64,000 bases of DNA from Eledone cirrhosa (Eukaryota): positions 108,562,001 to 108,626,000 of the forward strand of contig OZ024743.1 of the NCBI GenBank assembly GCA_964016885.1. Reading direction: 5' to 3'. The position numbers were made by a program, and so were the translations under genes. This document shows, one piece after another, positions 1 through 13,187 of the stretch. Position 1 is the stretch's first letter. Each line of letters begins with the position of its first letter. The notes beneath the pieces were generated by a model, which worked only from the letters and a program-made list of their open reading frames with translations, searched no databases and was not told where the DNA came from.

Positions 1-509
1 TTTTTTAAGTAAGAGTTTTAAGTAATCCTGTTTTACGGAGAGCTAGATCTGTAAAAAGTAGCCAAAATTGATATTTGTATTTCAGGTTTACAAAGTTAAT
101 TTTCCTCTACTCCCCCGAGTCCTTCCAAAGAGGCAATCAATATTTGCACGTCAGTTAGTTATTGAAGTGGAGGCTCTGATCATTTTACTGGATCTCTCGA
201 TAACTGACTTTCATCTAATGGACGACACATTATTTGACTGCTTCTATCTGAATGGACTTCAAGTCATATCTACTTCATCAGATACTTGTTGAACAGTTTG
301 AAAGGATAACAGACTTTACGTGACTCACTCTAACTAACCGTTGAATATAAATCATGAGACATTTTCCATGAATTAATTAAGCGTTTTATCTTTGTAAGAT
401 CTACCTCCCTCTGAAACCTTCTCTCTATTTCTAATATACATTGTGTATATATCTATCTATTTTAGTATGGTCTCTCTGTTTCCTACTCTTTCATTTTAAT
501 ATATATATG

Positions 510-630
<121 letters not shown>

Positions 631-732
631 ATATATGTATATATAAATATACATATATATATGTATATATGTATATATATAATATATACATATATATACA
701 TATATATGTGTAATATATATATATATACATAC

Positions 733-1222
733 ATGGTGGCTGCCAACTCGTTTTCGAGTACGGCCACTACTTTATGTTCATGTAAGAGAACCCTTACCGA
801 TGCCCTGAACGAGTGTGACTTTTTAGTCCAGCCAGCGACTTGAAAACTCTGGTGCAAACACTACACTTGTCACAATTATTGACACATAGTGTTGGGCCCA
901 TGGTACCATGTGAAGACAAGTGCAGAGAGATCTCCCGATATAAAGCAATATACATACATTTATACATGGTGGCTGCCAACTCGTTTTCGACTACGGCCAC
1001 TACTTTATATCCATGTAGGAGAACCCCTACCCATGCGCTGAACGAGTGTGACTTTTTAGTCCAGCCAGCGACTTGAAACTCTGGCACAAACACTACACTT
1101 GTTACAATTATTGACACATAGTGTACATGGTACCATGTGACGACAAGTGCAGAGAGATCTCCAGATACAAAGCAATGTCTGTGCCGTGAAGCTTTTATAG
1201 TGAACAAAGGCACTGCACAAAG
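733..1222 (-). mobile_element. Two tandem 3' fragments of the same bipartite RTE-derived family
   Basis: Repeats at about 733-945 and 966-1222 match 20672-20932 and translate to [20 protein letters not shown]. Embedded in (TA)n/(TACA)n. Confidence 0.75.
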
Positions 1223-1758
1223 TATATACATACATACATAATACATACATACATACATACATACATATTACATACATACATACATACATATATACATACA
1301 TACATATATAAAGCAATATACATACATACATACATACATACATACATACATACATACATACATACATACATACATACATACATACAGATATAAAGCAATA
1401 TACATACATACAGACATACATATGTAACTATCTCAACTGATTAACAACAGATAATCCAAACCAACTATAGAAGATCATTTTATACTTGGTATACGACTTA
1501 ATGACAAAATTAAATTTCTAATTAAAAGATGGCGTATAAATTGAGAAGCTAAATAGAACACAAAATAACATAAATGTTCAATTAAAATAACCGAAATCGC
1601 CATTAACCGTATAGTCGCTCAAATCAATAAACACATCTCACCTACAAATACCTATGTTGTAAAGATTCTCTTTATTATAAAGAACACCTGAAATAGATTT
1701 CTTCTTCTTCTTCTTCTTCTTCTTCTTCTTCTTCTTCTTCTTCTTCTTCTTCTTCTTC

Positions 1759-1789
<31 letters not shown>

Positions 1790-1876
1790 GTATGCATTCA
1801 CACACAACGCACACATACATACACAACACACACGCTCACACACATACACATACACACACACACATACACACACACA

Positions 1877-1965
<89 letters not shown>

Positions 1966-2932
1966 TAATAGACGTTTATATTATAGATACCTATTTTGAA
2001 GATGAATCATTTGAGAATGAATTCGATGTTTCCATTGTATTCCATTTTGGCTTATATCTATAATTGACGGTGCGTGATTGTTTATATATAAGTTTACACA
2101 GAAACACACACACACATATAACACACACGCAAACACACATACACATACACACACACGCATACACACACATAGACATACACACATAAACACACACACATAC
2201 AAACACACATTACACAAACACACTTATCTTAGGCTACATTGTTTTCATTGTGTCTTTGATATTGTAATTCTTTTAAACAGAATAGTGTTGATTTGGCGAA
2301 GATTTGGCTACTATTGCCATGAGGTTAAGTGAAAGCAAATGAGATCCCCACACCTAGGTTTTGCTTATTATATATTATTTAAGTTTTATCTCTTCTCATA
2401 GACACATAGGCTGCGAATTGGCAGAATGATTAGTGCGTTGACTAAAATATTTTGCGGTATCATTTCTGGCTCTCTGCGCTCTAGGTTTCAATTCTGCCGC
2501 CGACAACATCGCCTCTCATTCTTGCGCTGTATACGTAGAAATAATATCTTTCGCCAGGTCTAAAATGCCCATGACATGCTGTATATCGCTACAACGCCAC
2601 CCTGAGAGTTTCAGGTGTTACAAGTACAGATATACACAGATATCGACTTACACACAATCAGGCCATGCCTCGACTTCATAAATCAAATCAGTGTGGGAAG
2701 GCCTAAACACATTACGAGAATGCCTTCACTCCTATCAAAATCTTATTATAAATAATCGTCTTCGTATTCAACTATATTCCCGTTGATATAATTATGCAGA
2801 GTTCAGTCGTTACATTTACTGAAAAAAATGATACGAACATACTTGATAGCATCTATAACATAGGCTATGTAAATATTTTATATGAACACATTCAAAAGGT
2901 GGGCATATATATATATATATATATATGCCCAC

Positions 2933-3092
<160 letters not shown>

Positions 3093-3193
3093 TCATATGG
3101 GCACATAGATATATGCATATATCGTACATTCTAAACAGAAGAAATTACTAAACAGTCTCAGTCTCAATCGCATTATATAAAAATACGTGTACG

Positions 3194-3231
<38 letters not shown>

Positions 3232-4229
3232 CACACTCATATACACATCTGTAGCACACTAGTTCTCTTTCTCAGTGAATCTACACTTATGCATATATAC
3301 ACAGAATACTTAACGGAGGCACATTATATTTAGAACAAAGGAACGGCTGAACAATGGACGTCATCTAGTTTAACTGGAGCTTGTGTTTAAACTAGATTTA
3401 TCGGTAGTCTGAGCTTCCTAGTGTGCACTTGGTGTGAATGGTTGTCATTCTTATTAAATAGCTATATGAAAACATAGCTCGGCATGATTTTCACAACAGA
3501 ACAATAGACAGAACAAACAAAGTAGAACTATGGCAGCGATGACGACAACAAAGATGACCATGATGATGATGATCATATCATGAAGATGGTGAGGATGATT
3601 ATGAAAATGAAGATCATAGTGATATAATTCATGGTGATGATGATCATGATCTTGGCGACGCGGAGGAGGAGGAATAAGAGGGTTATGAGGATAATGATAA
3701 TGAGAATGATGATACTGTTGCTGACAACGATGACAGTTATGATGATGTTGATGATGATTTATATTGGGTGGTCAAGTATGAAATTTGTAGAATTTGCCGA
3801 AAAAACAAACAAATTTCTACACATTTCATATTTGACCTCCCAACATAAGTTGTTGAGAGACATTAGATTTATATTCTTAGCATATCGTAGGAGTACATAG
3901 CTGCTCTCTTGTTGCTTCATGGTGATGCGTGTTACTTCGTGAGGATTAAACTCACCTGTTTCTGCCCATTTGTAATTTTCAAGGTTACATTTGTACTGCT
4001 GTTGTGTACTTTTAACAAATGCCGTTACGCGTTCCTTTCGTCACGAAAGCGGAAACGGTAATAAAAGAAAAAAAAATGAAGGGATAACTATGATTATTTC
4101 TGCAAACACCCTTAAAAAAGGCAGTAATTTATTTACGTTGTGTACTGTAAATATGCATGCATATATGCATATACATTATATTAATCTTCAATCATTTATC
4201 ATTATCCATATTCGGGGTAGATACATATG

Positions 4230-4408
4230 GGCGGTGGATTGTCAGTATCGGTAGAGTGTCTGACGCCATGTTTTGCAGCAAATAGTTACGGCCCTTTATG
4301 GTCTGAGTTCAAATCTCGCCGAGGTTAAGTTTGTCTTTCATCCTTACGGGGTCGATAAAATAAACCACCTAGAATAATTGCTGGTCTTGTGCCAAAAGTA
4401 GAAACAAC
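4230..4408 (+). mobile_element. tRNA-derived SINE with Nin/Deu-type core
   Basis: Head GGCGGTGGATTG..CAGTATCGGTAGAG (A box), GAGTTCAAATC (B box), core TTTGTCTTTCATCCTTACGGGGTCGATAAAATAAA, tail TTGCTGGTCTTGTGCCAAAAGTAGAAAC. Confidence 0.8.
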
Positions 4409-4409
4409 A

Positions 4410-5623
4410 CTAGCAGTGGTACTCGACATTGCACGGGATAAGGTATTTTGGAACGCGGACCGCCAACAGACCTAATCGTGGAAAAACTGCATGCCTGTAC
4501 AATATGTAAAGAAAATAAACCGAATATTCTGATGGCTGGATAATCTTTAAGATTTTCCTCGACAAAGCAGGGAAAATGGAGGTTTTCACCTGATATGGGC
4601 CCTAGGGGATCAGGAAAATGAATTTGTTTTATGTGCATAATACGCCTTCAAATTTCGGGAAAATAGGCTAGACTTAACGCCTCCAAAATGCCCTAAGAAG
4701 CTGAAAAAATGAAGTTTTTCACCTAATGCGGGCCCTAGGCCATAAGAAAGTTGGATTTTCTTTGCTTACGGTATAAAGAAGAGACTGACTAATACATAGT
4801 TACAATTTAAAGGAAATCGGTCTGACGTAACGCCTAAAAAAAAAACCTAAAAATCTTTAAAAACACAGTTATTCACCTAATGCGGGCCCTAGAATATCAA
4901 AAAGTTGAATTTCTTAACACTCCCTGAAACATAAGTAATACACATGTAAAGTTTGAAAAAAATCGGTTGGGTACTTCTCGAATTTTAGGGATTCACACTC
5001 ACACAGCCACACATATACACACACACACACACAGTCAGACATCCTTAGGGAAGTGACGTAAAGCAGATAGCCAGATATACAGACATATATTATAAGGGCG
5101 CGACGTTATATGTATGTATCTATGTAAAAAGCGAAAGACTAAGAATTATAGAGAGAGATCGCTAAATCGCCTAATGCGGTCCCTAGGGCATTGATAATTT
5201 GAAATTTTCTTTGCTCAGAACACTCCCTGAAACATAAGTATTACATGTGTAAATTTAAAAACAGTCGGTTGGGTGTTTCTCGAGTTTTAGGGATGCAAAC
5301 TCACACACACACAGACAGACATCCTTAGGGAAGTGACGTAATGCAGATAGCCAGATATACAGACAGATATTATAAGGGCGCGACGTTATATGTATGTATC
5401 TATGTAAAAAGTGAAAGACTAAGAATTATAGAGACAGATCGCTAAATCGCCTAATGTGGTCCCTAGGGCATTGATAATTTGAAATTTTCTTTGCTCAGAA
5501 CACTCCCTGAAACATAAGTATTGCATGTGTAAATTTAAAAACAGTTGGTTGGGTGCTTCTCGAGTTTTAGGGATGCAAACTCACACACACACAGACATAC
5601 ATCCTCAGTTTTATATATATAGA
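4410..5623 (-). mobile_element. Non-autonomous Helitron with internal tandem repeats
   Basis: Minus strand starts A|TCTATATATATAAAA and ends with an imperfect GC-rich hairpin (CCCGTGCAATGTCGAG) plus CTAG|T. There is a (TG/TC)n tract near the 5' end and internal 280-bp periodicity. Confidence 0.78.
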
Positions 5624-5632
5624 TATTTGAAT

Positions 5633-6240
5633 GGCAGCGGATTGGATATATCCTAAATAGTTCGGACAATATGTTGTGGCGCATAGAGTTACAGCCTTTT
5701 ATGTTCTGCTTTCAGAGCCCGCCGAGGTTTACTTTGCCTTTCCTCCTTACTGGGTCGATAAAATAAAGTACCAGCAACGCACTGTGGCCGATTTAATCGA
5801 TTTTCCCCTCCCGCAAAATTGTTGGCGTTGTGTCTAAATAAAAAAACATTATTATTCATATTTGAATGGAAGCGAATAGGTATATCGTTAGAGGGTCGGA
5901 AAACTTGCTTTGCGGCATAGAGCTATGGCCCTTTACGTTCTAAGTTCAAATGCCATCAAGGTTAGCTTTGCCTTTTATCCTTGATCGGTCGATAAAATAA
6001 TGTACTGGTTGCAGACTGGGGTCGATTTAATTGAATTTAGAATGTAGAAACAAATAGTATTCGTATTTGAGAGCGATTAATAGCATTATCATAAGAGCAT
6101 CGGACAACATGCTTTGCAGCATATAGTTTACGTTCTGATTTCAGATCCCACCGACGCTCATCCTTACAGGGTTGATACACGTTTCCACTTCCATTCAAAT
6201 TGCTAGCCTTATGCCAAATGTATAAACAATTATTATTATT
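5633..6240 (+). mobile_element. Three tandem decayed Nin-type SINE copies
   Basis: Repeated head/B box/core/tail blocks start at about 5633, 5868 and 6075, joined by (ATT)n. Confidence 0.72.
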
Positions 6241-6512
6241 CAAACATATGTGTGTGTGCGTGTTATAGTTTTTGAAATGTTAAACACCTCAAATATTTAC
6301 ATTCTGATACATAGATTTATATATAGTTCTTAGATAGATGAGCATTTTCAATGATTCTATGGAAGATAATGAAGCGAGTGTTACCTAATTTGTAAACATA
6401 TTTACTCACTTTTACTTAAAATCACACAAATAATCATACATACTTATAGAATATAAAAAAAAAAACTCAAACGTAATTTAACGCATACATGCGACTTTTA
6501 CGCTCCTCTTTA

Positions 6513-6562
<50 letters not shown>

Positions 6563-7256
6563 ACAGAGACACACAGACACACACACACACACATGCATAC
6601 AAATATAACATGTATATTGTGATGTCAAGTGTAAGTATATGTTGACGAATATATATATATATATATACATATATGTATGTATTTGTGTAGGTTCAGTTAC
6701 TTAGGTGGTGTGTTCTTTTTGCAATATTCCCGTATGTGCACGAATATAAATGTAGTTATAGGTTGATTTGTTCGCGTGCAAGCTATAATATATATTTAGA
6801 AATGTTCTCAACCCTATAGTTAACGAAATAAGGAATAACATATATTGGGTTGGTGTGTCGGGCTGCCATGTTGGATAATGACCTCAATTGCGCAGGTAAA
6901 ACTTGTTGTTTGTTTTGTTTTTGTGTCTGCTTACTTTTTTCTTTTCTTATATCGAACCAAAGCTTCACTTCCGATCTATATCGATTTCTCTAATATTATT
7001 GACTGAATTACATGCTAAAATAAACAACAGCATCAAATGTTACACATCAACAGCAAATATAACATCGACAACTACAACATCATTAACAGTAGAAATAACA
7101 ATTTTTTTCATTTATTGGCCACAGGGACCGACATATAGGGAACAATACAATACAAGGGAACAGTGGGGATTTTACACACAAATCGAGTAAACATGTAAAA
7201 ACAATAATAATAAACAAGAAAAACACACACAACAGAGTTCCCCAATGGACGGGGGT

Positions 7257-8100
7257 AATGGTTTCTGATTTAAGCACAAGGCTAACAATTTTAGGGGAGG
7301 AACAAGTCGATTAAATCGACCCCAGTACATTACTGGTACTTTATTTTATCAACCTCGTAAGGATGAAAGACAAAGCCAATTTCGACAGGATTTGAACTCA
7401 GATCTTAATGGGCCGTAACTCTATGTGATATTCATGTCCGACGCTCCACGGACACTGCCAATTCACTACCCTAGGAATGATGGTTTCTTATATAAGCACA
7501 AGGCCATCAATTTTGGGGAAGAGGAAAGTCGACCCTAATGCGTGACTGGTACTTTATTTTATAGACCCCGTAATGATGAAAGACAACATTAACCTTGGCG
7601 GGATTTGAACTCAGATCATAAAGGGCCATAACGCAAAGCAGGGCGTCTGACCCTCTTCCGATACTGCCAATCCACCGCCCTCACTGCCCTAGGAATAATA
7701 AATATAATAATGGTTTCTGTTTGAATCACAAGGCCAGCAAGCTTTGGGGGAGAGGAAAGTCGATTAAATAGACCCCAGTACGTTACTGGTGCTTTATGTT
7801 ATCGAACCCGTAAGGATGAAAGGCAAAGATAACCTCAGAATGTAAAGGGCCATAACTCTATGGTGAAAATCATGGTGCCCGATGCTATACCGATACTGCC
7901 AATCCACAATAATAATTGTTTCTACTTTTCGCACAAGGCCAGCAATTATCCCAGTGTATTACTGGTACCTATTTTATCGACGACGTCAGGATGAAATGCA
8001 TAGTTAAACTCGGTGGGATTTGAACTCAGGCTGTAAAGGGGCGTAACTCTATGATACAAATCATGGTTTCTGAGCCTCTGCGAATAATGCCGATCTCCTA
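7257..8100 (-). mobile_element. Head-to-tail array of four Nin-type SINEs
   Basis: Repeated CACAAGGCCAGCAATT...GTACTTTATTTTATCGACCCCGTAAGGATGAAAGGCAAAG...ATTTGAACTCAG blocks. Confidence 0.8.
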
Positions 8101-9080
8101 ATGATGAGAAAAAGAAGAAGAAGAAGAAGAAGAAGAAGAAGAAGAAGAAGAAGAAGAAGAAGAAGAAAAACAACAACAACAACAACAGTTGTTTGCCACT
8201 GTCAACTATGAAAAAAAAGAAAGAAAAGCAAGTCTACATGGGAGCCAAGGAAGACGTCAAGGCGTTAGAAATATCTCTGAATAACAATCCTCTATGTTAG
8301 ACCATCACAAAGAGGCTCCATGAATGCCGTTAACGCCTTCTAGCAGAATTGTTAAGAAAGGTTTCTGATTAAAGCACAATCAATATTTTTGCGAGAAGTG
8401 TAAATCCGTTATATCGATACCAATACTTCAAGAAGATAGAATTGTATAATTAACTTAGGTGGGATTTGAACTTAGAAATTATAGTATCGGAAAAAATGCC
8501 ACAGAAAATTTTGACCGACGATCTCACAAACACCAACCTTACAATGAATATGTTCTTCTGCTTTTATAATTTTATGAATTTTTACAAATAGAGAGTGAGT
8601 CGGTTTATAACATAGACGTTGGAATTTAGACGTCAACTACGTAGATATGTCTGCATGCCTGAATGTGAGTGCAGGTAGGGATGTTATTGTATGTGTGGAT
8701 GTGGATGTTTTGAGTTAAATGTGTGCAAGTGCATATATTTTGCATCTGTTCATTAGCACATGTAATTATTACATGCATACATTTTGAAATGTTTTCATAA
8801 TATTACTGTTCCATTAATGGATTATACTTATATCTATGTATGTATGTACATGAATCGGTTGACAGAGATACTCGCATGGAATGACCAAATAAGGGTTATT
8901 TTTCAAAATAGTCACTGGAAGTAAAAATAAGAGTTGTAATTAATGCATGTAAGATTTCACAGCCCTTGCATCATTCCTATATATATATATATTTTTTCCT
9001 TTTTTTTTCTAAAAATGTTTGTATATATATATATATATATATATATACAAACATTTTTAGAAAAAAAAAAATATATATAG

Positions 9081-9120
<40 letters not shown>

Positions 9121-9154
9121 TTATATATATATTCTGAAATGTTTACCAGTATAA

Positions 9155-9715
9155 TGATGGTCTCTAAATATGGCAAACAGCCACCAATATCTAGGGAATG
9201 AAAGTCGATTATAAACACCCTAGTATTTTACAGGCGCATTAATTTATCGATACCAGGAAGATGAAATGAAATTTTGAAATTGGCACGATTTCAATTCGGA
9301 ACATAAAGGGCTAAAACTAAAAGATGCGAAGCATTTTGACGACACTCTTACAGCTCTACTATAATCAACAGCCCTACCATATATAGATATATACATACGT
9401 ATATATACATATATATATGATGGCTGCCCCCTCGTTATCGAGAAAAAAAGAATATATATATATATATATATATATATTAATAACAATAATAATAATAACA
9501 ACAACAATAATAATAACGACAACAACAACAATAATAATTGTTTCTACTTTAGGCACAAGGCCAGCAATTACCCAGTGCATTACTGGTACTTTATTCTATC
9601 GACTCCGTAAGGATGAAAGGCAAAGTCAACCTCGGCGGGGTTTGAACTCAGATCGTAAAGGGACGTAACTATGCTGGAAAGCATGGCGTCCGACTCTACC
9701 GATACTGCCAATCCA
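9155..9715 (-). mobile_element. Two Nin-type SINE copies (an old one at about 9155-9375, a young one at 9535-9715)
   Basis: Same core and B box motifs as the other copies. Confidence 0.75.
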
Positions 9716-9759
9716 GATATACGCACACACATAAACATATCTATAAACACACACACATG

Positions 9760-11212
9760 ATAGCAACTAACAGCGCTGCGATCGAATGTGGCTTTTTAGC
9801 CCAGCCAATGATCTAAAATGTCTTGCACAGAGTCGGCAACCAAAACATTCACTGGGAATAGCCGACTGTGGTTGGAGTTCATGTACTTTTGCATGTCGTT
9901 TGAGCCCTCATGCTGATTTACATTCTCTAGCACATGCTTGGCAAGCATGATGAGTAGCATCTCAAACAGCAGCCTGGTAGTCAACCACTGGTCTTACTTT
10001 ATGACTGCGAAGATGACTTTCGAGTCCAGCTTTGCTTAGGCAGAGTCTCGCACAGACGCTGCATGTCAGCACCATAGGAGGACCATCGCCGTCTGTAAGT
10101 GCAACAGCAATGCCCTTCCTCACATCCCGCTTTACTTTCTCGTATGCGATTCGAGATGCCTCTAAGGCAACTTTTCCCTCATATACAGTCTTTCTCCATT
10201 TATTACGATCAGCAGCAATATTTTCCCATGTACCAGCAGAGATGTTAGCGTCTTTCAAAGAGGCTTTCAAGGAATCCTTATACCTCTTTTTTGGTTTATA
10301 TGGCAGTCGTTTTCCTTTAACTAACTGTCCATAAAAGAGTTGTTTTTTTAATTCTAGAATCTTTCATCCTGGCAGGGTGACTACTCAACGGAGTCGTTGC
10401 TTAAGCACAAGAGCTTCTATACTGTCACACATAGAGCTTTCCAAAATCTCGACATCACTGACGTGCTTCCTCCAGGGAACGCCATGGATCCGTCTAAGGC
10501 ACATCTGATGGAAACGCTCCAATTGCTTAAGGTGGTGTCGATATGTGACCCAGGTCTCGCAAGCATAAAGAAGAGAAGAGAGCACACATGCCTTGTACAC
10601 CTTTACCTTTGTCTTCTTGCATATGTCTCGCGGACCCCAGTGTCGCCTTTCTAGCTTTCCGAAAGCATCACTTGCTTTCCTAATCCTAAGTGAGATTTCA
10701 CTATCAAGGTTGCTGTATCGATTGACAGTGCTTCCCAGGTAGACAAACTGATAAACCACTCCAAATCGTTTACCATACAGATAGATATTTGGTTCACTGT
10801 ACTCTTACCAGGGGCAGGTTGGTTCATGACGACGGTTTCTTGAGACTGACAGTCAATTCTAGGGCAGTGCCAGCATCAGAAAATGCATTCAAAATGTGCT
10901 GCATATCACTCTCTGTGTACGCTACAAGATCACAATCATCTCCATACCAGAGGTCTCTTATGATTGATATAAATACTTTTGTCTTTGCAGCAAAGCGCCT
11001 GATATTAAATATGCTGCCTGAGGTTCGATCTCGGATGTAAACGCCATGCTCGCAATTCTTGAATGCAATACATAAAAACATTGCAAAGTATATGGAAACA
11101 GGGTCGGTACTAGAATATCCCCCTGTTTCACTCCATTTTTTACTGAGATAGGCTCCGTCATGTTACCTCCGACATTAACCCAAGCCTTCATGTCGTCATG
11201 GAAAGACATAAC
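9760..11212 (-). mobile_element. 5'-truncated RTE-clade LINE (RT C-terminal half, thumb and C2H2 finger)
   Basis: Minus-strand ORF fragments read GVKQGDILVP, LWYGDDCDL, FVYLGSTV..LDSEISLRIRKAS, LLYACETW, WENIAADRNKWR and CSVCARLCLSKAGLESHLRSH. Confidence 0.9.
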
Positions 11213-11367
11213 TAATATATATATATATACATACATATATATATATATACATACATATATTGAGTACTTTGGTGCGTTATGGTCCACCTGGTTCCTTACC
11301 ACATTTCCTCCGTTATATATATATATATAGAGAGAGAAAAATACTGCAGGTAGCACATGGTAACATG

Positions 11368-11464
11368 TAATAAAATACGTCCCTCATCAGTGATTTGCCG
11401 AAGATCAATGCAATGAAATATCTATGATCTTCGGCAAATCACTGATGAGGGACGTATTTTATTA
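11368..11464. repeat. Perfect inverted repeat (40-bp arms, 17-nt loop) abutting (TA)n; contains CTGATGAGGGAC
   Basis: 11368-11407 is the reverse complement of 11425-11464. Confidence 0.92.
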
Positions 11465-11499
11465 TATATATATATATATTGAAAGTAAAGATACAACAT

Positions 11500-12040
11500 A
11501 CGTTTTTGTTTATAAAAGTATTCTAACAAGATATGCATATAAGCCACTGGAGACGTCGCTCGTGCAATTGCCAAGCAGAGCCGTCCGATATGAGGCAGAT
11601 ATCAGTTCTTGTCTCACGAGAGAAGCTTTCCCCCTTTTTTTCATCACCAGGGTCATATATGTACAACTTGTGAGCTCATTTTTCTTGCCGTCAAAATTGT
11701 ACTTTGAATCTTCTAAGTTAAATTCAATAAAACCCATACCAGGTCAACAGTCCTAGAAATAGATCAGTTACATTTACATCATATTACATGTTAAGTTAGT
11801 TAGTTGTAATATTTTCAGGTTTTTATGAAGATTTCGGTCGAAATAATCCCGAAATTTTTTATATCCATTCTTTGATTTGTTATAGTCTCGCATGCATCTT
11901 TCCAACATAGAAGTTTCCAATGTTCTGCAAACCGGCATTACAAATGCAATATCACCATAATGCACGAAATGTTTGGCACCTATGTAAGTGTTGATGTAGA
12001 GAACGGTGTTTTTTATCTAACTGACTTTCTCTAAGAATTT
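11500..12040 (-). mobile_element. Possible highly decayed Penelope-like RT fragment
   Basis: Minus-strand peptide IGAKHFVHYGDIAF...LE...FRDYFD loosely resembles PLE RT motifs B'/C. It is flanked by (TA)n. The similarity is weak. Confidence 0.25.
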
Positions 12041-12046
12041 TTTTCT

Positions 12047-12129
<83 letters not shown>

Positions 12130-12132
<3 letters not shown>

Positions 12133-12275
12133 CAAGTAAGACCCCGCCGGCTGAGCTGAAGCCGTTTCGACGGTTAATTCTGTATCCACTCTACTATTAC
12201 CCACTCTACTACCCTAAGTATTGAGTACTTTGGTGCGTTATGGTCCACCTGGTTCCTTACCACATTTCCTTCGTT
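12130..12275. repeat. Unclassified (TA)n-associated dispersed repeat (related copies at 11258-11314 and, partly inverted, 45900-46090)
   Basis: Shared blocks TATTGAGTACTTTGGTGCGTTATGGTCCACCTGGTTCC and GACCCCG..GC.GAGCT.AAGCCGTTTCGACGG. Confidence 0.65.
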
Positions 12276-12288
12276 ATATATATATGTA

Positions 12289-12402
<114 letters not shown>

Positions 12403-12559
12403 ACAGAATAGAGGTGAAACACACAAGTTATTATATATTGGTAAACGGAATAGAAAATGCTGACAAATTGTTCACAGTTGAAAAATGGTTTAATTAGGAA
12501 TAAAAGAGTATTAGTGATTGTATGGGTTAGTATTCAGTTGTGGTTTTAAGTTCTTAAGT

Positions 12560-12597
12560 TTTTACCGGTTGCGCATTTCTAAATGCTTTTCAAAAAT
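12560..12597 (-). ncRNA. Variant minimal hammerhead motif (UUGAAAA core, GCAA instead of GAAA); a more decayed relative lies at about 18003-18040
   Basis: Minus strand reads TTT-TTGAAAA-GCATTT AG AAATGC-GCAA-CCG-GTA-AAA. Same family as the 37097 motif. Confidence 0.45.
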
Positions 12598-12670
12598 AAT
12601 TTTGAGATAGAGTGTCCGTGCTGTTTGCTCTGATCAGAGCAAACAGCACGGACACTCTATCTCAAAATTA
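12597..12670. repeat. Perfect 74-bp palindrome (no loop) abutting (TA)n
   Basis: TAATTTTGAGATAGAGTGTCCGTGCTGTTTGCTCTGA|TCAGAGCAAACAGCACGGACACTCTATCTCAAAATTA. Confidence 0.93.
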
Positions 12671-12722
12671 TATATATATATATTAGTTTTGTGAGGTTTT
12701 TTATATGAACCTCCCCAAGTAT

Positions 12723-12758
<36 letters not shown>

Positions 12759-12844
12759 GTACGCATCTATGTGTCTTTTTGAGAGTGTTCATATTAGTTT
12801 TCATATATAATAATATTTTTTTATATTTTGTTTTCTCGTTCCAG

Positions 12845-13015
12845 TTCCTAGTGTGCCAGTACCGTGCCCGTTTCAAGGTAGTTACTTCTTCCGCTATATG
12901 AATGGAACCTTCAACTGTAGCAAACCATCTTCACAGATGAGGGAGTGTGCGGATAGTTCGCGATTTAAATTTCATTTCAGAAAATGTAATGGGAACCCAG
13001 AAACAACAGAAAAAG
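12845..13015 (+). CDS. Internal exon A of a multi-exon gene for a Cys-rich DUF7042/DUF7043-like uncharacterised protein (PSVPVPCPFQGSYFFRYMNGTFNCSKPSSQMRECADSSRFKFHFRKCNGNPETTEK)
   Basis: Polypyrimidine acceptor ttttctcgttccAG ends at 12844 and donor AG|GTACCA starts at 13016; phases 1/1. The peptide is non-repetitive with a CPFxG..F.Y...C...S...C motif. Family assignment is from my recall of the motif pattern, not a search. Confidence 0.85.
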
Positions 13016-13187
13016 GTACCACTTTTGATAAATTCTTACACACATATAGTATCATTAAATTCTCCCTTTACTGTTACATGCATACATACATAAATAATTG
13101 CACACATACATACATACATACATACATACATACATACATACATACATACATACATACATACATACATACATACATGCATACATATAC

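Noticed and set aside
68-292. 74-aa ORF with a plausible acceptor (tttcAG at about 85) as an upstream exon of the host gene
   Set aside because: It runs to a stop without a convincing donor and the peptide lacks the Cys-rich family pattern.
7257-8100. Regularly spaced repeats resembling a CRISPR array, or tRNA genes from A/B boxes
   Set aside because: The units are SINE copies of about 200 bp in a eukaryotic genome, with no unique spacers, cas genes or cloverleaf fold.
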